Origin: Verrucomicrobiia bacterium
GTDB taxonomy: Bacteria; Verrucomicrobiota; Verrucomicrobiia; Limisphaerales; UBA1319
Length of the DNA: 64,000 nucleotides
Assembly (NCBI GenBank): GCA_963664225.1
Contig: OY760937.1
Span: 2,272,001-2,336,000 of the forward strand
Reading direction: 5' to 3'
Shown: positions 1-9,400 of the stretch, one piece after another
Numbering within the stretch: position 1 is the stretch's first letter
Layout: every line of letters begins with the position of its first letter
Made by a program: the position numbers and the translations under genes
Notes under the pieces: generated by a model
Told to the model about the DNA's origin: nothing
The model's database searches: none
Seen by the model: the letters and a program-made list of their open reading frames with translations, nothing else

Positions 1-1467
1 TTTATTGGACCGAGCAATGAAAGGGATACCCTGGGCCTGGCGGCGGACACAGCGGCCAATCCCCTTCTCTACATCTCTCCCTACGACCTCGATGCGGGCA
101 ATCCTCTCACGTATCTTGGCCCTTACACGTATTTCACCTACGCGGTCAAATATAACGATTTATCAGACAGTGTTGGAGAATTTGTGCGCTTCAGTCAGGC
201 GGAAATGGATCCGTATTCCGAGATTCAGTATGCCTGGACATTCGCAAGAGCCAATCAGGTGGCGGATTTCCGTGTGGAGGGCAAACAGGACGAGGCCACC
301 TTGGAGACACTCGAATCCGTCTTCTTCACCTTCAAAGATCCTGAGTTTCCCGTCCACGCCAGGACCCGGTCGGTTCGGATTCCAGCCACAGGCCGGAAGT
401 TGAAATTCACGTATTGGCTGCAACCGGGAAAAGCGCCTGTGGTTTATATCGCACCCGGTCTGGGAGCTCATCGGTTGTCCCAGACCGCACTGGCGCTGGC
501 CGAGTTGGTTTACAGGAACGGTTTCTCCGCAGTGTGTGTCAGCAGCGCGTTCAATTCCGAGTTCATGGAGCACGCTTCAACAGCCGCCATGCCGGCTTAT
601 CTGCCGGTGGATGGCCACGATTTGCATGTTGCGTTCACGGAAATTGATCGCCGCCTGAATGCACTGTATCCGGATCGTTTGGAGAAGAAAGCGCTGCTGG
701 GCTATTCGATGGGTGCTTTCCATTCCTTGTACATTGCGGCCACCGAACCGACGAACAAGTCGCCACTCATAAAGTTCAACCGTTTCGTTGCCATCAACAC
801 CCCGATTCGATTGATGCATGGGATTTACAAACTGGACGAATTTTATCAGGCACCCCTTGAATGGCCCACGGCAGAACGTGCCGAGAAGATTGAAAACAGC
901 TTTTTAAAGGTGGCCGCCCTGAGCAAAACCACCCTGACCCCGCAAACCTCACTGCCCTTCAACGCCATTGAATCCAAGTTTCTCATCGGGGTGATGTTTC
1001 GACTCACGCTGCGGGATATGATTTACAGCAGTCAGCGGCGCAATAATCAGGGCGTTCTGCAACACCCATTCATGAGCCTCCGGCGCGATCCCGCATACCA
1101 GGAGATTCTCCAGTATTCCTACCGTGATTATTTTGAAAAGTTCGTGGTTCCCTATTACCGGTTCCGGGGGTTGGCAACGCCCACGGGTGAAGCGCTGGAA
1201 AAAGCCGGTGATTTACGGACGTATGATGCCGGCATGCGCGCCAATCCGGACATCCGCGTCATCGTGAATCAAAACGATTTTCTGCTGGAGGCCGGGGATC
1301 TGGCCTGGCTCCAGGCGACGTTCACAACGGAACAATTGACTATATTCAAGCAAGGCGGACATTTGGGGAATCTCCAGAATCCGACAGCGCAAAAGACGAT
1401 TTTGAATGCGCTGGAGGGTTTGAAGACCGAACAGAGACGAACATGCAACCCCAACGTGGCAAAATAG
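1..1467 (+). CDS. MlaA/VacJ-family domain fused to an alpha/beta hydrolase (5'-truncated by window edge)
   Basis: Frame 1 is open from base 1. FIGPSNERDTLG...EMDPYSEIQYAW resembles the MlaA C-terminal motifs (GPSxxRD, DPY). Downstream are hydrolase motifs GYSMG (nucleophile), NQND and GGHLG. Confidence 0.7.
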   Translation, partial: FIGPSNERDTLGLAADTAANPLLYISPYDLDAGNPLTYLGPYTYFTYAVKYNDLSDSVGEFVRFSQAEMDPYSEIQYAWTFARANQVADFRVEGKQDEATLETLESVFFTFKDPEFPVHARTRSVRIPATGRKLKFTYWLQPGKAPVVYIAPGLGAHRLSQTALALAELVYRNGFSAVCVSSAFNSEFMEHASTAAMPAYLPVDGHDLHVAFTEIDRRLNALYPDRLEKKALLGYSMGAFHSLYIAATEPTNKSPLIKFNRFVAINTPIRLMHGIYKLDEFYQAPLEWPTAERAEKIENSFLKVAALSKTTLTPQTSLPFNAIESKFLIGVMFRLTLRDMIYSSQRRNNQGVLQHPFMSLRRDPAYQEILQYSYRDYFEKFVVPYYRFRGLATPTGEALEKAGDLRTYDAGMRANPDIRVIVNQNDFLLEAGDLAWLQATFTTEQLTIFKQGGHLGNLQNPTAQKTILNALEGLKTEQRRTCNPNVAK

Positions 1468-1502
1468 TCGAAGAGTCTCGCGCAACCACACCTGACTCGG
1501 GC

Positions 1503-2561
1503 ATGTATTTGAACGGAATCGCCACAGAGGTTCCACCCCGGCATTTCACGCAAGCGGAATGTTGGGCGGCCCTTCAACAAGCGCCCCAGTTTCAACAACT
1601 CAACGCACGCTCTCATGCGCTGCTTAAAAAAGTATTGTCCGCTGATAATGGCATCGCAACGCGGCACCTGTCGGTGGAGAATTTGGAGGAAGCATTTGTC
1701 CTGACACCCGATACGCTGCACGACCGTTTCGCCCGGCACGCTCCCTTGCTCGCCATGAAAGCCGCTGAACGCGCCCTTGCCAATGCCCGGCTCACGCCCC
1801 CGGAAGTGGACGCTGTCATCATCAGCACCTGCACCGGCTATCTGTGTCCCGGACTCACCAGTTATGTCAGCGAAAGCCTCGGGCTGCGTGCCGACGTGCA
1901 CGCGCTTGATCTGGTCGGGCAAGGCTGTGGTGCGGCGCTGCCGAACTGGCGCACCGCGGAAGCGCTGCTGACCGCGGGCCGGGCGCAACATGTCCTGTCC
2001 GTGTGCGTCGAAATTTGCAGCGCGGCATTCTACCTCGACAACGATCCCGGCGTGCTGATCAGCGCCTGTTTGTTTGGGGATGGTGCGGCAGCGGCCGTGT
2101 TATCCTCTCAACCCTCAGCGCACGCAAGACGGGTGCAATGGAAAGAAGCCATAAGTTCTCTCAACCCGGCAGAGCGCAACTCACTTCGCTTCGAGCAACG
2201 GAACGGCATGCTGCGGAACATCCTGTCCCGCGAAGTACCTGACCTCGCAGCAAAACATGCTGAAAAGATTTTCGTCGAGATGTTTCGCCGCCACCCGCTC
2301 AAGCGCACCGATGTGACCGGCTGGATTATGCATGGCGGAGGTCGTGAGGTGCTGGCCGCCCTGCAAAAACAGCTTGGACTCAACGAAGCTGATTTGCGCC
2401 TGAGTGCCGCCGTCCTGCACGATTTTGGCAATGTCAGCAGTCCGTTCGTGCTCTTCGTCCTGGAAAAGGCGCTGGCTGAAAACGCGCCCGGCGGCTGGTG
2501 GTGGATGTCCTCCTTCGGCGCGGGTTTCAGTTGTCACGGAGCACTCCTGAAGGTGGATTGA
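1503..2561 (+). CDS. Type III polyketide synthase (chalcone/stilbene synthase family)
   Basis: Catalytic Cys (GQGCGAA), His (IMHGGG) and Asn (FGNVSS), plus LFGDGAAA and SFGAGF. ATG at 1503 is preferred over 1443, which overlaps the upstream gene. Confidence 0.93.
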   Translation: MYLNGIATEVPPRHFTQAECWAALQQAPQFQQLNARSHALLKKVLSADNGIATRHLSVENLEEAFVLTPDTLHDRFARHAPLLAMKAAERALANARLTPPEVDAVIISTCTGYLCPGLTSYVSESLGLRADVHALDLVGQGCGAALPNWRTAEALLTAGRAQHVLSVCVEICSAAFYLDNDPGVLISACLFGDGAAAAVLSSQPSAHARRVQWKEAISSLNPAERNSLRFEQRNGMLRNILSREVPDLAAKHAEKIFVEMFRRHPLKRTDVTGWIMHGGGREVLAALQKQLGLNEADLRLSAAVLHDFGNVSSPFVLFVLEKALAENAPGGWWWMSSFGAGFSCHGALLKVD

Positions 2562-2564
2562 ATC

Positions 2565-3269
2565 ATGCTTCGCATTGTCGAACCCGAACTCCTTGACAAC
2601 CTGAATGCCTCCGATCCTCTGGCCGTTGGGTCGCGATCCGATCTTCGCCGGTTGAATTACATCATGGGGCATGCGGCCATTCTGTCGCGCGCGTTTCGCC
2701 TTCACCTCGACGCAATCCCTGCCCCCTCACGTCCGCTCCGACTGGTCGAACTGGGGGCGGGAGATGGAACGCTGCTTTTGCGGCTGGCCCGCCGGTGGTC
2801 GCCGCCGGGTGTGACCGCCCATGTCACATTGGTGGATCGGCAAAATCTTGTTTCAGTGGAAACGCGCCACGCCTTCGCCGCACTCGATTGGTCGATGGAA
2901 AGTGTGAGGATGGATGTCTTTGCGTGGCTTGAATCCTCAACTCCCGTCGTGGATGTGATGCTCGTTAATTTGTTTTTACACCATTTTCAGGACAGGTCAT
3001 TGAAGACACTGCTGCGGCTGGCTGCAGCGAAAACCAATCTGTTTATTGCGTGCGAGCCGCGTCGCACAAATCTCGCGCTCGCCGCCTGCTGCTTTCTCCG
3101 GTTTGTGGGGTGCAACCGCATCACACGCCACGATGCCCATGCGAGTGTGCGCGCCGGATTTGTCCCTGATGAACTCTCCGCGCTCTGGCCTTCTGAAACC
3201 TTTTGGAGGTTGAGGGAACAACCGGACCGACTGTTCAGCCACTGTTTCATCGCTAAAAGAGATGACTGA
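2565..3269 (+). CDS. SAM-dependent methyltransferase-domain protein
   Basis: VELGAGDG motif I, NLFLHHF and N-terminal PELLD. Starts 3 nt after the PKS stop. Confidence 0.85.
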   Translation: MLRIVEPELLDNLNASDPLAVGSRSDLRRLNYIMGHAAILSRAFRLHLDAIPAPSRPLRLVELGAGDGTLLLRLARRWSPPGVTAHVTLVDRQNLVSVETRHAFAALDWSMESVRMDVFAWLESSTPVVDVMLVNLFLHHFQDRSLKTLLRLAAAKTNLFIACEPRRTNLALAACCFLRFVGCNRITRHDAHASVRAGFVPDELSALWPSETFWRLREQPDRLFSHCFIAKRDD

Positions 3270-4296
3270 AATCATCACCATCGTGGGCGGTGGCCTGGCC
3301 GGATTGAGCCTGGGCATCGGACTGCGTCAACGCGGCGTCCCGGTCACGGTGTGGGAAGCCGGACGCTATCCGCGACACAGGGTCTGCGGCGAATTCATCT
3401 CCGGAGGCGGGCAGGATTCGCTGGCCCGACTGGGCTTGTTGGATGGATTGGCAGGCGCGGGCGCTTGCTCCGCGGTGAATGCGGCATTCTTTGCAGGGAG
3501 GTCAATGGCAGCGTTGCGGCCGCTTCCGCGTGCCGCTTTGTGCGTCTCGCGCTTTGTTTTGGATCAATGGCTCGCAAGTGAGTTTCAACGCCTCGGCGGC
3601 GATCTGCGTTTGGGCGCGCGCTGGACCGGCGCATTCGGTCCGGGAATTGTTCATGCCGGCGGTCGCCGTCCGCAGCCCGTGGTGAATGGCTGGCGTTTGT
3701 TCGGGCTCAAAGTTCACGCCCGCAGGATCGAAATGGACGCGGATCTCGAAATGCATTTTGTGCCCGCTGGCTATGTGGGCTTGTGTCGCCTGTCAGGGGG
3801 CGAAGTCAACATCTGCGGCTTGTTTCGCAGCAAGGCGGCCGTGCCCGACCTGGCGCAGCACTGGCGCAATTGGCTGGGTGGGCCGGAAGATTCAGTTCTG
3901 CGTTCGCGTCTGGCCAATGCGCAAATCAATGAAGATTCCTTCTGTTCGGTGGCCGGTCTTTGCCTGCAACCGCGGCGCTCAAGACATCAAAACGAGTGCT
4001 GTATCGGCGATTCCCTGACGATGATTCCGCCGGTGACAGGCAACGGCATGTCGATGGCTCTTGAATCTTCGGAACTGGCCATGGAGCCTCTCGCAGCCTT
4101 CAACCGCGGCGGCCTGACCTGGACGCAAGCACAGCAGGATATATCCAGAAGTTGCGATCTCAAATTCAACACAAGACTGCGTTGGGCCGCGTGGTTGCAA
4201 TGGGCTTTGTTCAATCCGACAGTGCGCTCCGTCCTGCTGTTCCTGACCGCGCGCTCAAAACCGCTCTGGCGCGGCATATTCGAACGGACACGCTGA
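3262..4296 (+). CDS. FAD-dependent oxidoreductase/monooxygenase
   Basis: IVGGGLAG Rossmann motif, YPRHRVCGEF and IGD...PVTGNGMSMA. Overlaps the upstream gene by 8 nt. Confidence 0.88.
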   Translation: MTEIITIVGGGLAGLSLGIGLRQRGVPVTVWEAGRYPRHRVCGEFISGGGQDSLARLGLLDGLAGAGACSAVNAAFFAGRSMAALRPLPRAALCVSRFVLDQWLASEFQRLGGDLRLGARWTGAFGPGIVHAGGRRPQPVVNGWRLFGLKVHARRIEMDADLEMHFVPAGYVGLCRLSGGEVNICGLFRSKAAVPDLAQHWRNWLGGPEDSVLRSRLANAQINEDSFCSVAGLCLQPRRSRHQNECCIGDSLTMIPPVTGNGMSMALESSELAMEPLAAFNRGGLTWTQAQQDISRSCDLKFNTRLRWAAWLQWALFNPTVRSVLLFLTARSKPLWRGIFERTR

Positions 4297-4368
4297 CATC
4301 CACCAGCCTGGCACCGCCTATTTTGATAAACGTCGCACTCATGTATCACGTACTTTAGAGAATACCTG

Positions 4369-4385
4369 GTAGGGTAACACCCCAT
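4369..4385. promoter_or_regulatory. Recurrent near-palindromic site, copy 1 (GTAGGGTAACACCCCAT)
   Basis: Near-identical to 18210 and 21656 and related to 6312 and 32799. -10-like TATTGT at 4408-4413. Confidence 0.7.
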
Positions 4386-4544
4386 GGCACCGCCACGGGT
4401 CCATGTCTATTGTAAAATTAATGAAACCGGAAAGTCCCTGATTAGAAACCATCAGAACGCGAAAACAGCACTTTTAATTAAGCGCAACCGCAAAAGCATT
4501 GTGATGCTTTTATGACCATTACATTGCAACCCATTGAACCCACT

Positions 4545-4670
4545 ATGATTGCACTTATAATTCAACCCATGTTTGCAGCAGCGGGTTACTCGCTGATCTA
4601 TCTTCTGGGAGGAGGGGGTCTTTTGGGAGCCATCATCATTTTCATCATAGCAAAAATGCTTCGCAAATAG
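4545..4670 (+). CDS. Small 41-aa membrane protein (MIALIIQPMFAAAGYSLIYLLGGGGLLGAIIIFIIAKMLRK)
   Basis: Read by hand; below the ORF-track cutoff. Hydrophobic hairpin with a Gly run and a basic C-terminus. First gene after the motif. Confidence 0.7.
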   Translation: MIALIIQPMFAAAGYSLIYLLGGGGLLGAIIIFIIAKMLRK

Positions 4671-4700
4671 TTTATACATCTCAACATCTTGCTCAAGTCC

Positions 4701-5069
4701 ATGAAACACAATAAAAACCGCCATACCGCCCCAAACACAGGGCCTCAGCTCGTGCCCGTTTGTTTTGAATTCACCGATCCGAAAGCCACCACGGTTAGCG
4801 TGGCGGGAACTTTTAACCAGTGGAAACCCGAAGCCAAGACTTTGCATCCCGCCGGGGTTGGTCATTGGATAAAGGAAACGGCTTTGGCGCCCGGAACCTA
4901 CGAATATTGTTTGGTGGTGGACGGCCAGTGGATGCCTGACCCGCTTGCAAAAGAAACCGTGTCAAATCCGTACGGAGGGAGAAACTCGGTTTTAAAAGTG
5001 TTCGGCAATGCGCATGCAGCCCACCTCGACAACGCTGAATTTGAACCAATGAAAGATTCGTTAAAATAG
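4701..5069 (+). CDS. Glycogen-binding (CBM48/AMPK-beta-like) domain protein
   Basis: VSVAGTFNQW...LAPGTYEYCLVVDGQWMPDP...NPYGGRNSVL. Confidence 0.88.
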   Translation: MKHNKNRHTAPNTGPQLVPVCFEFTDPKATTVSVAGTFNQWKPEAKTLHPAGVGHWIKETALAPGTYEYCLVVDGQWMPDPLAKETVSNPYGGRNSVLKVFGNAHAAHLDNAEFEPMKDSLK

Positions 5070-5083
5070 AAAAGCTCGAAATT

Positions 5084-5389
5084 ATGAATAAATACACACA
5101 AGCAATCAGTGATGACCTTGGCCAACTGGCCGAAGACGCGCGCTCTCTGATGGAAGCCACCGCGGACGTGGCCGGAGAAAAGGTAGTGCAGGCCCGAAAG
5201 CGCCTCGCGGCCGCATTGGAACATAGCAAGAAAATTGCGAGCGGTGTGCGCGACAAAGCCGTTGAAGGGGCGAAAACGGCCGACGAAGCAGTCCGGGACA
5301 ACCCTTATCAGGCCATTGGCGCAGGCCTTGGGGTCGGGGTTGTCATCGGATTTCTACTCGCCCGCCTTTACTCCTGCAACCGCGAGTAG
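5084..5389 (+). CDS. DUF883 / YqjD-ElaB family protein
   Basis: Helical N-terminus followed by DEAVRDNPYQAIGAGLGVGVVIGFLL C-terminal anchor. Confidence 0.9.
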   Translation: MNKYTQAISDDLGQLAEDARSLMEATADVAGEKVVQARKRLAAALEHSKKIASGVRDKAVEGAKTADEAVRDNPYQAIGAGLGVGVVIGFLLARLYSCNRE

Positions 5390-6311
5390 GTCCGTTGCGC
5401 CGCACTTTGGATGTGATTCAGGAAGCGAGCAGTGAACAGAAGTCTCACTGTTTCCGCCGGTGAAATCGCCACGCCAAGAACTTTAATTTTGACCATCAGA
5501 TTTTGTGCCGCGTTATCGGGTCACGAAAGAAAATTGGGATAACTGATCCGGTCAACCCATGATGGTTCAATCAAGAGCGGTTCGTCCGGTCGGCTGGCGG
5601 CCATTGCGGCCATGACCCCCCGCCCGGATCGCTGTCTTCACAGCCACGGCCATGAGTCGCCGAGCCACGGCTTTGACCGCCGGGTATGTAGTAGTGGAGA
5701 GAAATGAAAGCGCAACGACGTCAGGTTATTCCCTGACAACAGACTGGGCAATATGCTCCGCTTTCATCCCGGGATGGCAGGTATCAAACATCCGGACCTG
5801 ATATCCCTTTTGGCGGAGAATAGGAGCAGGCGTCTGAATTCCCAAGGACGGGAATGCCGTCCCCTTGACTCTCCCATTGTCCGACGTCGATCGAACCAGT
5901 TCATTGGAAAGCACCCGGCAGAAGCTGTCGTCGCCCACGAAAACCAGGATTATATTAATAATCCGTCATCGTGTTTGCTTTCTGAGGCGTGAATGCGTGC
6001 TCTGGGCACGGGAGTCGTCAACGCTCCTGATGGACGACTGGTTTTCACGAACACTTTATACCAATGTTTTCGAGCGGCAGTTAGGTTTTTACTTACCTCT
6101 TCAATGGGCGCGCATCCGGTACGCCAACTGGACGTTTAAGTCCCAAACCATTGATCCCAACGCAAGGCGATTATTTGCGATAAAACGTGTCGCTTGAAAC
6201 GGCCACGGCGACCGACTCCCGGTGTTCGATTCAAACACGCGCGTTTATGGTCAGGGTGCCATTTTGCCTTTTCCCATAAGTGTCTTATACTTTGAAAGCC
6301 ATTGGCGTGTC

Positions 6312-6329
6312 ATGGGGTGTTTACCCCAT
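6312..6329. promoter_or_regulatory. Recurrent palindromic site, copy 2 (ATGGGGT-GTTT-ACCCCAT)
   Basis: Perfect 7-4-7 inverted repeat about 110 nt upstream of the glucan synthase. -10-like TACTGT at 6353-6358. Confidence 0.7.
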
Positions 6330-6439
6330 AGCGCAGAAGCGTTTCCATCGCGTACTGTGCTGCGACTGGTCTGTCAGATACGGCAATACACTCAAGAGGT
6401 CACCAATTGGAAACTGGTTATGGCGGAAGTAAGAACACC

Positions 6440-9400
6440 ATGCTGAACCTTTCGTCACACTGGCAAACCTGGATGGCCAGGCAGGCACATCCGCTCCCTC
6501 GCGCCAGCGAGCCGCCTTTGCGGGCTGATTTGTTCAGCGTGGACCAACTCGCGCGCCATGCCAGAGCGCTCGCAGCCAATCACCAGGTGGCCACCAGGGA
6601 GGGTTCAAACCGGCTGCTGGATCGATTGGTTCAAAACGAAGAAAGACTCAGAACCTTCAATCGCCAGACTCTGGCCGTGGGTCAAAGCAGGAGAATTACG
6701 CCCGCCGCAGAATGGCTTTTGGATAACTTTTACCTGATCGAGGAACAGATTCAAATGGCCAGAAGGCATCTGCCCCGGGGTTACAGCCGGGAACTGCCCC
6801 GCCTCGTGAATGGCCAATCGGCCGGACTTCCGCGTGTTTACGATATCGTTCTGGAATTGATATCGCATGTGGATGCGCAGATCGATGCGGAACCGCTGGC
6901 CGCCTTTATTGCCGCCTACCAAAACGTGGCACCCTTAAACCTCGGCGAACTGTGGGCCATCCCCATTATGTTGCGCCTGGGATTGATTGAAAATCTCCAG
7001 CGCATCACCACCCTGCTGACCATCGCCCGAGAAGACCGCGATCTGGCGGACTTATGGGTGGACCGATTGCAGGCCATGGCGGAAAAGAATCCCTCCCACC
7101 TCGTCATTGTGGTGGCCGACATGGCAAAAGCGAATCTTCCCTTATCCAGTTCCTTTGTGGCCGAGTTTTGCCAGAGATTATCGCGCCAAAGTCCAGTGTT
7201 GCACCTCGCACGCACATGGCTTGAACAAAGGCTGGTGGAACAAGGACTCTCAATCGAGCAACTGGTTCAACTGGAAAGCCAGAATCAGGCCGCAGACCAG
7301 GTTTCGGTCAGCCACAGTATTTCCAGTCTTCGCCTCTTGAGCGCAATGGACTGGAAGGAATTTGTGGAATCACTGAGTCTTGTCGAGAAGATTTTGCGCA
7401 CAGACCCGGCCAGGCTGTATAGCGCGATGGATTTTTCGACGCGCGATTGCTATCGTCATTCGGTTGAATTCACTGCGCGGCATGGACAACTTTCCGAAGC
7501 GGATGTGGCACTGCGCGCCATTGCAATGGCCGCAGAAAGCGCCGCGCAGAAGGGAATTGAAGATCGGACCTCTCATGTGGGGTTTTACCTGATCGATAAA
7601 GGCGATGCCATTCTGGCGCGGCTGGCGAATGTGCAGTGGCCATGGCGCACATTCATCGAACGGGGCATCCGTCGATTTCCGCTCACTTCCTATGCGGGCG
7701 GAATTGCCCTGGTCACTCTGATCGCCACCTTGGGATTCACCCTGCAGGCATGGAAACTTGAAGTGAACGGCTGGAAACTGACTCTCTTCGCCCTGGCATT
7801 CGTTCTTTGTGCGAGCCAACTGGCTGTGTCATTAGTCAACTGGCTGATAACGCTTTCGGTCAAACCCCGCCTGCTCCCCCGCCTGGATTATTCTTCCGGA
7901 ATTGCCTCAGAATGCAGCACGATGGTGGTCGTCCCCACAATGCTTGCGAGCCTGGAGGGAATCGATCATCTTATCGAGACCCTGGAAATCCACTATCTCT
8001 CGAATCGGGACAAGCATCTTTACTTCGCCTTGCTTACGGATTTTCGCGACGCAGCGGAGGAAATTCTGCCTGGAGATCAACTTTTGCTTGCGAGGGCGAA
8101 GGCTGGAGTCGAAATGCTGGGTCGCAAGTATTCCTCGGATCGAAAAGACCTCTTTTTTTTGCTGCATCGCCCACGCCGCTGGAACGCGAAAGAAGGAGTC
8201 TGGATGGGATACGAGCGCAAGCGGGGTAAGCTGACGGAATTCAACAGCCTGCTAAGGGGAGGCAGTGTCAACAGCTTCTCCGAGATCGTTGGTGACACGG
8301 CCATTCTCCCGTTGATCAAGTATGTCATAACTCTCGACACCGATACCCAATTGCCACGCGATACAGCCAGGCAGCTTGTTGGAACGATGGCTCATCCATT
8401 GAACCGTCCGCTGTTTGATGGCGTAAGCGGAATTGTCACCGAGGGTTACGGCATTCTGCAACCCAGAGTGGGTGTGAGCCTGCCGAGCGCGCGGCGATCA
8501 TGGTTTGTCAGATTATATGCGGGAGACGTAGGGATTGATCCCTACACCCGGGAAGTGTCTGATGTATATCAGGATGTCTTTGAGGAAGGTTCATTTATCG
8601 GGAAAGGTATTTACGATGTGGACGCTTTCCGGCGTGCGATGAGCAAACGCTTCCCGGAGAATGCAATTCTCAGCCACGACTTGTTGGAAGCCTGCCACGC
8701 CCGTTCCGGCCTTGTGAGCGATGTGACATTCTATGAAGATTACCCTTCCCGGTATATCGTGGACGTTGAACGACGGCACCGCTGGATTCGGGGGGATTGG
8801 CAAATCACTCGATGGCTCCTGCCAGGAGTTCCGAGTGCCGATGGCGCTCGAATTCGCAATCCTCTTTCGATTTTGTCTCAATGGAAAATAATCGACAACC
8901 TGAGGCGCAGTCTTGTTCCCATAGCCTTGTTGCTGCTCATGTTGGGTGGCTGGCTTCTCCCACCTCCCCTCGGAAGTCTTGGATTCCTGCTGGTGCTTTT
9001 ACTCATCACTTTTCACGGCATGGTGGCAAATCTGGTCAATTTGTTCTGCAAGCCGAAAGATTTGCCTTTGGCAATGCATTTAAATGGGGTGGCGGGCGCA
9101 TGCGCCCGCCAGTTCGGTCAGACCCTGCTCACTTTGGTTTTTTTACCTTACGAAGCCTTCATCAGTCTGGATGCCATCCTACGAACGCTTTATCGGCTGT
9201 TGGTAACACATAGACGACTCCTTGACTGGCAAACCTCCAGCGACTCCGAAAGGACATCGCGCTCAAGCATCACCAGCTTTTATACCGTGATGTGGATCGC
9301 GCCAGTTATTGCATTGTTTTCCGGCTTGATCCTTGCCGCCACACAGCCGGACCAACTTTCCCTATTCCTGCCGATCCTGGGACTCTGGCTCACCGCGCCT

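Noticed and set aside
6205..6245. tRNA-like GTTCGATTC
   Set aside because: The flanks do not form a T-stem or acceptor stem, and there is no cloverleaf.
5390..6310. Short ORFs in the 0.9-kb spacer before the glucan synthase
   Set aside because: No recognisable domain, start context or RNA structure; left unassigned.
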